DNA of 60,275 nt, taken from DHVE2 group archaeon (GTDB lineage Archaea > Thermoplasmatota > Thermoplasmata > Thermoplasmatales > Aciduliprofundaceae). The translations under genes and the position numbers were made by a program. Below the pieces are notes generated by a model. That model did not search any database. It was not told the origin of the DNA and saw only the letters and a program-made list of their open reading frames with translations. Shown piece after piece: positions 26,149 through 36,647 of this stretch (position 1 is its first letter; the number at the start of each line of letters is the position of its first letter). Location of the stretch: positions 1 to 60,275 of the forward strand of contig WAOD01000062.1 in assembly GCA_015521465.1 (NCBI GenBank). The letters are read 5' to 3'.

Positions 26149-27150
26149 ATGAAATTGCAGGCCATTATTATTGTTTCACTGCTCCTTATTTCTCTGGCAG
26201 GTGCGCAGGCTCATGCTTCTTCCGAGGGAGGTAAGATTAATGTGGTTTCTACTCTACAAACATTTTCCTATATTGTAAAGATGATTGGTGGCTCTTACGT
26301 TCATTCTTCGTATATAGTTCCGCTGGGCACCGACATTCATGATTATTCCCTTACCCCTGCAGATATTGATAAGATAAATTCTGCAAAGTTGGTTGTTTTA
26401 GCTGGAAGCGAGTATTTTTCAATAGATAGAGAAATTAAGAAAAATGCCGAGGGGAAGGTTATTTTAGATATAGATGATTACAACGCTACACTTTTGCCGC
26501 TTGGTACAATGAAGAAAAATTTTCATGGATATTGGTTATATCCTAACAACACTGTAAATATAGCCAGAGCGATATATTTAAAGCTTTCTTCTTTGGATCC
26601 CGCGCATGAGATGTACTATAAAGCAGGATACGTTTCTTTTTTGAATGATTTAAATAAAACTTTGAGTCTTGCAAGAAAAATGGTAATTCACGGGAGTATG
26701 CTTGGGAAAGGCGTTATTTTAGCCGTTCCAGGTGTGTTTTACATAGCAAAAGCACTTGGTTTAGACGTGAAAGGGGTTCTTGTGGAGGGACCAAACCAGT
26801 TTGCATCACAGTCAGAGCTTGACAGCATGCGCAACGATGTTCGCCAGGGCAAGATAAGCTTTATAATAAACGCGGTGAGCATGGAGCATAGTCGGGCTGG
26901 AAGCATTGCTATAGAATTGTCCAGGCAAACTGGTGCAAAGATAGCTTACTTTAAAGTGTTTTCAACGGAAAACTATACATTTTTGCTTTTGGACAGTGCA
27001 GCAGTTATATCTTCTGTTAATTCGATAACTTCTTACAGCGGGACATCTTGTGATTACTTTCCATATGTGTATGTAATAAGCGCACTCATTGCACTTGTTA
27101 TATACATTGCATACCTTGCGGTTTCTTACAGGAGAGAGCTTCTCAGGTGA
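26149..27150 (+). CDS. ZnuA/TroA-like metal-binding protein (cluster-9 SBP) with a C-terminal TM anchor
   Basis: 'KINVVSTLQTFSYIVKMIGG', 'GTDIHDYSLTPADIDKINSAKLVVLAG'. Terminal hydrophobic helix + RRELLR. Confidence 0.65.
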   Translation: MKLQAIIIVSLLLISLAGAQAHASSEGGKINVVSTLQTFSYIVKMIGGSYVHSSYIVPLGTDIHDYSLTPADIDKINSAKLVVLAGSEYFSIDREIKKNAEGKVILDIDDYNATLLPLGTMKKNFHGYWLYPNNTVNIARAIYLKLSSLDPAHEMYYKAGYVSFLNDLNKTLSLARKMVIHGSMLGKGVILAVPGVFYIAKALGLDVKGVLVEGPNQFASQSELDSMRNDVRQGKISFIINAVSMEHSRAGSIAIELSRQTGAKIAYFKVFSTENYTFLLLDSAAVISSVNSITSYSGTSCDYFPYVYVISALIALVIYIAYLAVSYRRELLR

Positions 27151-27183
27151 ATATTCAAGGTTTGTACCAAAACTCATATATTA

Positions 27184-28122
27184 ATGTATATCTTATTTCT
27201 TTTTGTGAAACTCAAAACATTCCTTTTAGTCGTACTATTCGTTTCATCTTTATTCTTTATTTCGTTCAGCCCGGGCTATGGTGAAAATGTCAGAGCCACT
27301 ATTAATTTTGGAAAAGTAAATATTCATTTTTTTTCAACGGGAAACGGTTTTAACCTTACAATTAATGACACGCAGTACGTTGAAATTTATTTTGAGAGGA
27401 TTTTTTTAGGGGACAGTACTTTTCATAACTTTCGTGGATTCTGGTACTCTGATTTGCAGAACATGAATTACACTTATGGTTATTCTTCAAGCAAGTTGAT
27501 GGGAAAGTATTTTTACATACATATGTGGAAAAACGGGACTTTGAAAAGAATAGGTCTCGGAGAGAGGTATAATTTTAAGTTGTTGGTAAATTTTTATGTG
27601 GCAAGTAAGAACTATACCAAAAATGGTATCAGTGTTGGTCGTAACACGATACGCTACGATGTTATTATATCTACAGATAGCCCTGCGAAGTACGTTTATT
27701 TGGAGCATACCTTACATTCAAATTTGCTTGAAAAAGCGTGGACATACTCATCGCATTCAGGACATTGGCATGGGCTGTTGCGTACTTCAAAAATGATGTG
27801 GTTAAATCGTACCCACAAAATGCGTATGGCGTTTGGTAATTATGAAGGTAACCGACATGTTGAGTATATGTGGATAGGTGATAAAGTAAAAGCGCTCTAT
27901 ACTTATTATGATGAGCATGTGAACATATTTTTTGTTTATAACAATACGGGTTTTATCGTTCAGGACCCGTACATAAGCCTCCCTTATCCAATTCTGCCCA
28001 ATGGTACCGCGGAAAAGATTGTTAATTACTTTGCAGAACATGTGGAGTCTATAGCCGTTGGAACGTTGATTGCAGGGGCAATAATACTTGCTCCAGCAAT
28101 CCTTAGAAGAAGAAAATTGTAG
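27184..28122 (+). CDS. Hypothetical surface protein, His-rich patch, N- and C-terminal anchors
   Basis: Signal anchor. 'SSHSGHWHG' and 'THKMRMAFGNYEGNRHVEY'. C-terminal 'IAGAIILAPAILRRRKL'. Confidence 0.45.
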   Translation: MYILFLFVKLKTFLLVVLFVSSLFFISFSPGYGENVRATINFGKVNIHFFSTGNGFNLTINDTQYVEIYFERIFLGDSTFHNFRGFWYSDLQNMNYTYGYSSSKLMGKYFYIHMWKNGTLKRIGLGERYNFKLLVNFYVASKNYTKNGISVGRNTIRYDVIISTDSPAKYVYLEHTLHSNLLEKAWTYSSHSGHWHGLLRTSKMMWLNRTHKMRMAFGNYEGNRHVEYMWIGDKVKALYTYYDEHVNIFFVYNNTGFIVQDPYISLPYPILPNGTAEKIVNYFAEHVESIAVGTLIAGAIILAPAILRRRKL

Positions 28123-28170
28123 CTTTGTTAACTACAAAATTTTAAAATGTAATTCATCAATAGCGAGGGT

Positions 28171-29712
28171 ATGTATATAATAAAACCCTCTGATTTAAAG
28201 GAAGGGCTACCTAAGGAGACAAAATCTCTCTGCCCAGTGTGTAGCAAGGTAATTCCAGCGACCATATACGAGGAAGATGGTAAAATTTGGTACAAGAAAA
28301 CATGCCCGGAGCATGGCGAGTTCAAGGATATTTATTATGGAGATGCTGAGGTTTGGCACTGGATGGAAAAGTGGGGGACCATTCTTGATGGAATTGGACC
28401 AGAGTATCCTAAGATATTCAACGGTTTTTCTGATCACCATTATTCTTTGACTGCACTGGCGAATCTTGATCTTACCAATAGGTGCAATCTGAGATGTCCC
28501 ATATGTTTTGCAAATGCCAACGCTGCAGGTTACGTTTACGAGCCTGATTTTGACACAGTTGTTAAGATGATGAAGCTGCTAAGGGATGAAAAGCCAGTGC
28601 CTACACCTGCCATACAGTTTGCAGGCGGTGAGCCGACCATTTATCCGCGTTTCTTCGATGTTATTCGCAAGGCAAATGAGTTAGGTTTTCCACAGGTTCA
28701 GGTTGCTACTAATGGTATATTGATTGCCAATCAGAAAGACTTTGCCCAGAAGATGGCAGATGCAGGCATGCATACTGTTTATCTTCAATTTGACGGTTTT
28801 AAGGAAGAAACTTACATTACTGCAAGGGGTGTGAATTTGCTGCCCCTGAAGATGAAGGCAATAGAAAATCTCAGGAATGTCAAGCCAAAACCCCTCGCAA
28901 CTGTTTTAGTGCCCGTTGTGGTCAAGGGTGTAAATGATGATGAGGTTGGTAAAATAGTTGAGTTTGGTCTTCAAAATTTAGATGTGATTAGGGCAGTTAA
29001 TTTTCAGCCAGTTGCTCTAACCGGTCGCATTCCACAGGGCGAAATACTGAAGATGAGGTACACCACCGGTGACCTGATTCGCGATTTGCACGAGCAGACA
29101 GATTTCATAGAAAAGAAGGATTTCTTCCCCATACCTGTTGCTGCTCTGTTTGCAGAGTTGGCTGCCCAGATCTTCCACAAACCCGAACCTGCATTTACCA
29201 CGCATCCTGCTTGCGGTGCGGCCACGTACGTATTCCATGACTATGAAAAGGACAAGAACATACCCATTACCCGTTTCATAGATGTAGCTGGTTTGCTGGA
29301 AGCATTAAAGGACCCTGTATTCAACGAGGATTTCGAAAAGCGTGGTAAGTTGAGGAATGTCCTTATGCTTTACAAGCTGCTTAAGAAACACTACGATCCT
29401 AAATACGCACCCACGGGATTCAAGCTTAAAGAGATACTATCTGTATTTGAGCAGGGAACCAAGGATTCTCTGGGCAAGCTTCACTGGGATTCAATGTTCA
29501 TAGGCGCCATGCACTTCCAGGACCACTGGAATTACGATATTGCTCGTGTGGTGCGTTGTGTAATACATTACGTCACTCCCGATATGAGGCTTATTCCGTT
29601 CTGCTCATACAATTCAGGACCGACATTCAGAACGGAGGTTGAAAAGAAGTTTTCGGTATCGCTTGAAGAATATAGAAAGAAACACGGCAATGTGGTAGGA
29701 GTAGAGGGATAA
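28171..29712 (+). CDS. tes: Radical SAM enzyme, candidate tetraether lipid synthase (Tes / GDGT-MAS family)
   Basis: Canonical 'CNLRCPIC' (CX3CX2C). N-terminal 'CPVC...CPEHG' metal site. 513 aa. It is followed within 2 nt by a ferredoxin and then geranylgeranyl reductase. The radical SAM call is secure; the Tes assignment is from memory of the family and from context. Confidence 0.6.
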   Translation: MYIIKPSDLKEGLPKETKSLCPVCSKVIPATIYEEDGKIWYKKTCPEHGEFKDIYYGDAEVWHWMEKWGTILDGIGPEYPKIFNGFSDHHYSLTALANLDLTNRCNLRCPICFANANAAGYVYEPDFDTVVKMMKLLRDEKPVPTPAIQFAGGEPTIYPRFFDVIRKANELGFPQVQVATNGILIANQKDFAQKMADAGMHTVYLQFDGFKEETYITARGVNLLPLKMKAIENLRNVKPKPLATVLVPVVVKGVNDDEVGKIVEFGLQNLDVIRAVNFQPVALTGRIPQGEILKMRYTTGDLIRDLHEQTDFIEKKDFFPIPVAALFAELAAQIFHKPEPAFTTHPACGAATYVFHDYEKDKNIPITRFIDVAGLLEALKDPVFNEDFEKRGKLRNVLMLYKLLKKHYDPKYAPTGFKLKEILSVFEQGTKDSLGKLHWDSMFIGAMHFQDHWNYDIARVVRCVIHYVTPDMRLIPFCSYNSGPTFRTEVEKKFSVSLEEYRKKHGNVVGVEG

Positions 29713-29714
29713 AC

Positions 29715-29897
29715 ATGATGAAGGTAGACCCAGCTCTGTGTAATTACTGTGGGGCCTGCGTTGGCTCCTGCCCGGTGAATTGCATGTTCCTGGATGAAAC
29801 ACGTGTACTTATTGATGAGGATAAGTGCATAAAGTGCGGTTTCTGCATTCGCACCTGTCCTGTTGGCGCGATTTCTGCTGATTGGTGGTCAAAATGA
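29715..29897 (+). CDS. 2x[4Fe-4S] ferredoxin
   Basis: 'CNYCGACVGSCP' and 'CIKCGFCIRTCP'. Confidence 0.85.
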   Translation: MMKVDPALCNYCGACVGSCPVNCMFLDETRVLIDEDKCIKCGFCIRTCPVGAISADWWSK

Positions 29898-31081
29898 AGA
29901 GATACGAATATGATGTTTTAGTTATAGGTGCAGGTCCCGGGGGTTCTATGGCCGCCCGGTTTGCTGCCAAGAATGGAGCCAAGGTTCTTCTCATTGAAAA
30001 GAGGCCGGAGATAGGTGTTCCTGTGAGATGTGCAGAAGGCATATCCAGGGATTGGCTGGACATGGTGGACATTAAGGTGGATAAGCGGTGGATTGACCAG
30101 GAGATTGAAGGTGCAAGGATTTATTCACCCGATGAGGAAAGCGTGATAGAACTCTCTGCAGAGCAGGCAGGAAACGAGGTGGGTTTTGTTATAAACCGTG
30201 AGTACTTTGACAAGCATCTTGCATCCCTTGCGGTGGAAGAAGGCGCTGAGCTTTGGTTGAAAAGCCCCGCCGTAAAAATCATCAAAGAAGACGGATATGT
30301 GAAAGGTGCAATAGTAAGAAAATTTGGCGAGGAAGTGGAAGTTCGTGCCAAGATAGTGATTGCCGCAGATGGATACGAATCGCAGGTGGCGCGCTGGGCA
30401 GGCATAAACACAGTTTTAAGGGAAAGGGATATTGTGACTTGCATCGAGTACCGGATGACTGGCATAGATTTAGATGAGCGGTTCACCCATTTTTACATAG
30501 GCTCATGTGCACCGGGAGGGTATCTGTGGATATTCCCCAAGGGAAAGAACGAGGCGCACGTGGGTATTGGTGTGGCGCTTAACAAAATAAAAGAGCCGGG
30601 CGAGGTGAAGATGTACCTTGATAAGTTCATTGAAGAGCATCCCAATCTTAAAAAGGGAGGGCCCATTCAGATCATAACCGGTGCCGTTTCTGTTTGTCCA
30701 GTGCCAAAGAGGATAGTTGGTAATGGCATAATGCTTGTGGGTGATGCCGCGAGACTCATAGATCCCATAACTGGTGGTGGAATTGCCAACGCATCCATAT
30801 CTGGAATGTGGGCTGGTGAAGTGGCGGCGAAGTGCTTAAAAAATCCTGGAGAAGAGTGTTTGAGCGAGTATCAGGAGAAGGTAAAGAAAAAGTGGGAAAA
30901 GAAGCATCTTCGCAACTGGTTTGTGAAAGAAAAGCTTTCGGAGCTTGATGACGAAACGTTGAACAAGCTGATGGACGTGGTTTCAGAGGCTGATTTCAAG
31001 GAGATATCTGTCAGGGCAATCTTGGAAGCAGTGCAGGAAAAATATCCAGAATTGATTGAAGAGTTTGAAGACCTTCTCTGA
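29894..31081 (+). CDS. Geranylgeranyl reductase (digeranylgeranylglycerophospholipid reductase family)
   Basis: FAD fold 'YDVLVIGAGPGGSMAARFAAKNG'. 'IEKRPEIGVPVRCAEGIS'. 'LVGDAARLIDPITGGGI'. ATGA overlap with the ferredoxin stop. Confidence 0.85.
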   Translation: MKRYEYDVLVIGAGPGGSMAARFAAKNGAKVLLIEKRPEIGVPVRCAEGISRDWLDMVDIKVDKRWIDQEIEGARIYSPDEESVIELSAEQAGNEVGFVINREYFDKHLASLAVEEGAELWLKSPAVKIIKEDGYVKGAIVRKFGEEVEVRAKIVIAADGYESQVARWAGINTVLRERDIVTCIEYRMTGIDLDERFTHFYIGSCAPGGYLWIFPKGKNEAHVGIGVALNKIKEPGEVKMYLDKFIEEHPNLKKGGPIQIITGAVSVCPVPKRIVGNGIMLVGDAARLIDPITGGGIANASISGMWAGEVAAKCLKNPGEECLSEYQEKVKKKWEKKHLRNWFVKEKLSELDDETLNKLMDVVSEADFKEISVRAILEAVQEKYPELIEEFEDLL

Positions 31082-31092
31082 TTCTTTCACTT

Positions 31093-33462
31093 TTATTTAA
31101 CCCTTGCAGCATTAATGACCTCGTCGTTGTTTTCCAGATTTATTAGTTTTACACCGTGTGCGTTTCTTCCCATTACGCGTATGTTTTTCACAGGAAATCT
31201 TATGCTCATGCCGTTTTTTGTAAGCACTATTACTTCCGAGTCATCATCCACCATGATGCTCTTTACCACGCTAGCATTACGCGTTTCAATGTTCTTCACC
31301 CCGAATCCCCCGCGTTTTATTTTGCGGTACTCGTCAATTATTGTTCTTTTTCCATGGCCGTCAGTGAGAATCGCAAACACATATTTTCCCTCTGAAGATA
31401 ATCCTGCGGAAACAACTTCGTCTCCATCTCTCAACCTTATGCCGTGAACTCCTCTTGCAGTTCTTCCCATTATTCTCACATCGTCCTCATCAAATCTTAT
31501 TGCTTGTCCGTATTTGGTGAAAATCATGACCTCGCTATCTCCGTTGGTTATCATCACATCTACAATTTCGTCATCTTCGTCGAAGTTTATTGCTCTCATT
31601 CCGTTGCTTCTTATGTTAGAAAATTCAGAGAGATAGGTTCTTTTAACTATACCTTTTTTGGTCACAAAGAAGAGTATGCCTTGGAAATCTTTAACCGAAA
31701 TCATTCTTATTACCGGGCTGTCTATTTTTGGTAATATATTCACTATGGCTCTCCCCTTTGACCTTCTGCTTCCCTCAGGTATTTCGTATGCCTTTGCGGA
31801 GAACACTTTTCCAGATGCTGTGAAAAATAACAGGTAATCATGCGTGTCTGCTTTGACCACGTCTCTTATTAAATCATCATCTCCGTAGGATATCATCAAT
31901 CCCTTGCCACCGCGATGCTGCACCTTGTATTCATCTAAGCTTATTCTCTTAACGTAGCCCCTTTCGGATATGATAACAACGTTTTCTCCTTGGGGTATAA
32001 GCTCTTCCAGTGTTCTTCTATCCACCTCGCCGTAAACTATTTCCGTGCGCCTTTTGTCTCCGTACTTGTTTTTAACGTCAATAAGCTCATCTTTTATTAC
32101 ATCGTACCTCATCTTTTCATCGCTTAGTAATTTTTCCAGGTATTCTATTTCTTCCTCCAATTTTTTAGCTTCCTCTTTCAAGGCGTTGATTTCCATTGAG
32201 GTGAGTTTCTGCAGGCGCATTTCAAGTATGGCCTTTGCCTGTATGTCTGAGAATCCCATGTTTACCAGGTTTGCGTGTGCTTCTTTCACGTCCTTTGAAG
32301 CTTTAATTGTTGCTATAACCTCGTCAATTATGCTAAGCGCCCTTATGAGCCCGTCCAGTATGTGTTTCCTCTCTTTATCTTTTTCAAGCCTGAATTTGGA
32401 TTTTCTGATTAACACGGACATCCTATGATTTATGTACTCCCTCATTAATTCTTTTAAATTCAGCACTTTTGGTACTCCATCCACCAGCACCAGATTTATT
32501 ATTCCGTAAGTTACCTCAAGGTCAGTGTGCTCCATTAATTGATTCACGACAACCTCTGGATTAAAGTCTCTTTTTACTTTTATAACTATTCTTATTCCGT
32601 CTCTATCGCTTTCGTCCTTCAGGTCGGATATGCCATTGAGCTTTCCATCTCTAACCAATGCTGCAATTTTCTTGAGTATGTTGCTCTTGTTCAACCCGTA
32701 CGGAATTTCGTTTATTATTATGCTCTTGTCTTTTATTTCGTACTTTGCAGATATTTTTATTTTTCCCCTTCCGGTGGTATATGCTTCCACCAATCCGCCA
32801 TAGCCGGTAACCTTCCCGCCAGTGGGGAAATCTGGGCCCTTTACAAATTTTAGCAAGTCGTTAATTGCCGCATCTGGATTATCTATGAGATACACCATAG
32901 CATCTACAATCTCGCTTAGATTGTGGGGGGGCATGTTCGTGGCCATGCCAACTGCTATTCCGCTGGAGCCGTTAATTAAGAGGTTGGGGACCCTTGAGGG
33001 TAGAACCAAGGGCTCTTTAAGCGTGCCGTCAAAATTCGGCATGAAATCCACGGTTTCCATGTCTATGTCTTGAAGCATCTCCTCTGCAATTTTTGATAAC
33101 CTTGCCTCCGTGTACCTCATTGCAGCAGGGGCATCCCCATCAATAGAGCCAAAATTACCTTGGCCATCGACCAGAAGATATCTCATTGAGAAGTCCTGTG
33201 CCATTCTGGCAAGGGTGTTGTAAATTGCCTGATCTCCGTGTGGATGGTACTTACCCATAACCTCTCCTACAATTCTCGCGCTTTTCTTGTATGGTTTATT
33301 GTGATGCAAACCCAGTTGATACATTCCATACAAAATCCTGCGATGCACGGGCTTTAACCCGTCTCTAACATCGGGTATTGCTCTTGATACAATAACGCTC
33401 ATGGCGTAGTCTAAATATGAATTTTTCATTTCCTCGTCAATTGGACGCTCTTTAATATCCAT
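31093..33462 (-). CDS. gyrA: DNA gyrase subunit A
   Basis: '[30 protein letters not shown]', 'GKYHPHGD', active-site '[10 protein letters not shown]'. C-terminal beta-pinwheel repeats. Confidence 0.95.
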   Translation of the reverse strand: MDIKERPIDEEMKNSYLDYAMSVIVSRAIPDVRDGLKPVHRRILYGMYQLGLHHNKPYKKSARIVGEVMGKYHPHGDQAIYNTLARMAQDFSMRYLLVDGQGNFGSIDGDAPAAMRYTEARLSKIAEEMLQDIDMETVDFMPNFDGTLKEPLVLPSRVPNLLINGSSGIAVGMATNMPPHNLSEIVDAMVYLIDNPDAAINDLLKFVKGPDFPTGGKVTGYGGLVEAYTTGRGKIKISAKYEIKDKSIIINEIPYGLNKSNILKKIAALVRDGKLNGISDLKDESDRDGIRIVIKVKRDFNPEVVVNQLMEHTDLEVTYGIINLVLVDGVPKVLNLKELMREYINHRMSVLIRKSKFRLEKDKERKHILDGLIRALSIIDEVIATIKASKDVKEAHANLVNMGFSDIQAKAILEMRLQKLTSMEINALKEEAKKLEEEIEYLEKLLSDEKMRYDVIKDELIDVKNKYGDKRRTEIVYGEVDRRTLEELIPQGENVVIISERGYVKRISLDEYKVQHRGGKGLMISYGDDDLIRDVVKADTHDYLLFFTASGKVFSAKAYEIPEGSRRSKGRAIVNILPKIDSPVIRMISVKDFQGILFFVTKKGIVKRTYLSEFSNIRSNGMRAINFDEDDEIVDVMITNGDSEVMIFTKYGQAIRFDEDDVRIMGRTARGVHGIRLRDGDEVVSAGLSSEGKYVFAILTDGHGKRTIIDEYRKIKRGGFGVKNIETRNASVVKSIMVDDDSEVIVLTKNGMSIRFPVKNIRVMGRNAHGVKLINLENNDEVINAARVK

Positions 33463-33505
33463 ATCCTTGGAGAAGGAAGGATGTTATATATCCCTTTTCC
33501 TGTAA

Positions 33506-36500
33506 TTAATTCTGTTTTTTTGCATCTTTTATTGAATTTGGCAGATTTATTATAAAAATGCTTCCCCTTGGCTTGTTATCTGCCACTTCTATCGTTCCCC
33601 CATGGAGCTCGATGATCTTTTTGACAATGGCCAACCCGAGCCCGGAGCCCCTCTTGGAAATCCTTTCAAATGCCTCGAAAATTATTTCTTTTTTCCCCTC
33701 AGAAATTCCTATACCGTCATCTGCTACCTTTATCTCTACATTTCCATTTTCAGAGTTTATTGTTACCATAACCACTTTTGCTCCATACTTGTATGCATTG
33801 TCCAGAAGATTTACGAAGACCTCTTCTATTATAGGATATGCGTCTATTTCAGTTTCTCCTTTTACTATGATCTTGCTTTTTGGATATTTATCTCTTATCA
33901 ATCCGTACGCTTTCTCCACAATTTCTCTAATGTTCATTCTTTCAATTTCCTGGTGTATTTTTTTCATGTCCAGCTTGGAGAACAGCCTTGCCCTCTCAAT
34001 TATTTTCACGCTGTTATCAAGGGCGTTTTTTATTTCATCTAAATACTCCTCTTTGCATTCATCTTTCAGAAGTTCGGTGTATCCCTCTATAACGGCAAGC
34101 GGGTTTTTAAGGTCATGGCTTACTATGTGGAGCATGAGTTCCTGTAAATTTTTTGAGGATTCCAGCTCTTTTTGATACAGAATGCTGTCGATAGTTGCTC
34201 CCATGTGGGATGCAAGCATGTCTATCATCATCTTCTCCTCGGTGGCAATTCCTTTTTCTGCAATTCTGCTCACCGTCATAACTGCATATACTTTTCCCCT
34301 GGCAATGATTGGAATCGCATAGGTGCTTTCTATTTTCCCGGTATTTTCAATATATTTTTCGTCGTAATATGATTTGGTCTTTTCCCATGCCAATTTTATG
34401 ATTTCCAGATTGTTGTTATTTTCCTCGGATTCCTTTGCATTCTCATTTCTTGTGGATTCAATATGATTTTCTCTCGTTTCTATTCTGACCCGGGCGAAAT
34501 GCAGTATGGAATTGATTCCGTTTGAAACTATTTTAAAAACCTCATCCACATTTTTTGCATTTTTGATTTCCCGGGCAATTCTCTCCAGTGCGATAATTGT
34601 ATCCTCTGTCTCTTTTATGTGCGTTATGTCTGTCACGCTACCCATTACCGCAATTTTTCCCTCCCAATCAATTTTGGACACCTTGACTTCGCACCAAATA
34701 GCATTGCCTCTTTTTGTTATTAGCTGTGCTATGTAGTTGTTTGGAGCAGGTAGATCTCTGAGTCTGCTGTCATAAAATACCAGTATCATTTTAACATAGT
34801 GCGGGTGTATGAATTTATCAACCCTTTCGCCTATTATCTCCACCAGCTCGTAACCTAACATCCTTGCCATTTCTCTATTGGCATATACGATTCTCTTGTC
34901 CTGAATTATGGCTATTCCCGTAGCAACATTTTCAAAAAGTATCTTGTATTTTTCTCGCTCATTTTTTATTCTCTCCTCCATCTTCTTTCTCTCGGTGATG
35001 TCCAATATAATTCCAACAGTTCCCACCACTTCTCCTTTTATGCTCTTGATTGGTGAGGCGTAAATGAGTACCTGTATAATTGTTCCATCTTTTTTCACAA
35101 ATTCCGATTCGTAAGAATCTGATATGGATGCGAGTCTCCTCTTTGTCCCTTCTTCTATGTCTTTAAACCCCTTTTCAGTGGTGAAATTTTTAAGATGCTT
35201 TCCAATCATTTCTTCTGGTTTGTAGCCGAGCATGTCTGCAAAATCTTCATTTACAAATTTGAACACCATATCTCTGTCCGTGGTAGCCATGCCCACTATA
35301 TTTGTGTTCACGATTGAGCTGTATAGCTCCTCCCTGACTTTTAGCTCTGCGTACATCTCAGCGTTTGCTATGACCATTGCGAAGTTATCCGAGACTATGC
35401 GGAGAATTCTCAGGTCCCGCTCCGTAAAAGCGTTATCTTCCTTGCTCTGCACACTTAACACGCCAAACGTTTTGCCGTGGTATTTCAGCGGGATACCGAC
35501 CCAAGAGTTCATCATGGTGCCAACTTTTCGTATGTCCGCTGGTAAATTTCCGTTGTTAACTTTCTTCACGTAAAGCTCTTTTTCATGAGTTGCAACCCAC
35601 CCTGCAAGGGTGTCTTTATCGTTAAATGGTATGCTGTGCTTTTCGTATTTTTTTCCCTCGCCCACAACGAACTCAACATTTATCTTTTCTTTTTTATCGT
35701 CTATTAGCGCCACTAAAAACGCGTCCATTTTTGGAAGTATTTTTTTAAGTTCCAGGTATGCTGTTTCAAATATACTCTCTAAGTCAAGGGTGCTGGATAT
35801 TTTGTTTAAAAATTTGTAAAGAAACGTAAGTTCATCTTTTTCCCTTTCAAGCTCTTTCTCTCTTTCTACTCTGCTTGTTATATCCCTTGCAACTACTATA
35901 AAATTCCATTTTTTTCCTATTTTCACTTTTCCTATGCTCAGTTCCACCGGCATTTCCTGCCCATCTTTATTTTTAGCTAAAATTGTTATTAACTTACTTT
36001 TCCTATCCCATTTATCGGTTTCTATGTCTTCAAAGAACACTTTTTTGTATTCATCTACAAATTGTTCGGGAATTATTTTCCACACTGTATTTCCTAGTAT
36101 CTCATTTTTTTTGAAACCGAATATTCTCTCTGCACTGCTATTCCAGCTGGTAATTTTTCCCGCATCGTTTATTACCATAACAGCGTCCTGTATTGCTTCC
36201 TCCAGCGTTTTTTCAATTCTTATCTCTTCCTCCAGTGCAATTTCAGTCTGGAGAGCTTCCGTGATGTCTATCAAATTCACTAAAATCGTGTTTTTGAACG
36301 GTCTTGCCAGTGCAGTAACCCAAATCCAGCCATCTTTTGCTTTTATTTGTGTTATCATGCTTTCCTCTATGCCCCCGTCTCTGACTCTTTTAAGGAGTTC
36401 CTTCATTTTATCTTTGTCTTTGCATGGCAGGTATTTTAGGAAGTTAGTTCCAACAACCTCTTTTTCTTCAATCTTCCCCTTTTTTAAAACCTCGCTGTTA

Positions 36501-36589
36501 ACTTCTATTATTCGAAAATCGTGGTCAAGTATGGCTATACCAACGAAAGCCACGTTGCAGGCGTCGCAGAGCATATTTTTATTTACCAT
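33506..36589 (-). CDS. Cytoplasmic multi-PAS/GAF sensor histidine kinase
   Basis: H-box 'IVSHDLKNPLAVIEGY'. N-box 'NLLDNAYKYG'. 'DDGIGI'. 'GSGLGLAIVKKIIELHGG'. Several PAS-like 'DITERK/DITSRV' boundaries. No TM segment. Confidence 0.9.
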   Translation of the reverse strand: MVNKNMLCDACNVAFVGIAILDHDFRIIEVNSEVLKKGKIEEKEVVGTNFLKYLPCKDKDKMKELLKRVRDGGIEESMITQIKAKDGWIWVTALARPFKNTILVNLIDITEALQTEIALEEEIRIEKTLEEAIQDAVMVINDAGKITSWNSSAERIFGFKKNEILGNTVWKIIPEQFVDEYKKVFFEDIETDKWDRKSKLITILAKNKDGQEMPVELSIGKVKIGKKWNFIVVARDITSRVEREKELEREKDELTFLYKFLNKISSTLDLESIFETAYLELKKILPKMDAFLVALIDDKKEKINVEFVVGEGKKYEKHSIPFNDKDTLAGWVATHEKELYVKKVNNGNLPADIRKVGTMMNSWVGIPLKYHGKTFGVLSVQSKEDNAFTERDLRILRIVSDNFAMVIANAEMYAELKVREELYSSIVNTNIVGMATTDRDMVFKFVNEDFADMLGYKPEEMIGKHLKNFTTEKGFKDIEEGTKRRLASISDSYESEFVKKDGTIIQVLIYASPIKSIKGEVVGTVGIILDITERKKMEERIKNEREKYKILFENVATGIAIIQDKRIVYANREMARMLGYELVEIIGERVDKFIHPHYVKMILVFYDSRLRDLPAPNNYIAQLITKRGNAIWCEVKVSKIDWEGKIAVMGSVTDITHIKETEDTIIALERIAREIKNAKNVDEVFKIVSNGINSILHFARVRIETRENHIESTRNENAKESEENNNNLEIIKLAWEKTKSYYDEKYIENTGKIESTYAIPIIARGKVYAVMTVSRIAEKGIATEEKMMIDMLASHMGATIDSILYQKELESSKNLQELMLHIVSHDLKNPLAVIEGYTELLKDECKEEYLDEIKNALDNSVKIIERARLFSKLDMKKIHQEIERMNIREIVEKAYGLIRDKYPKSKIIVKGETEIDAYPIIEEVFVNLLDNAYKYGAKVVMVTINSENGNVEIKVADDGIGISEGKKEIIFEAFERISKRGSGLGLAIVKKIIELHGGTIEVADNKPRGSIFIINLPNSIKDAKKQN

Positions 36590-36647
36590 TCATTTGGATA
36601 ACGATATGTGCTTTATTAACATTGCTCATAGGAGTATTTTTCCCAGG

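Noticed and set aside
31093-33462. gyrA without an adjacent gyrB as evidence of rearrangement or horizontal transfer
   Set aside because: gyrB may simply be elsewhere. The composition of gyrA matches the surrounding genes and nothing else marks the locus as foreign.
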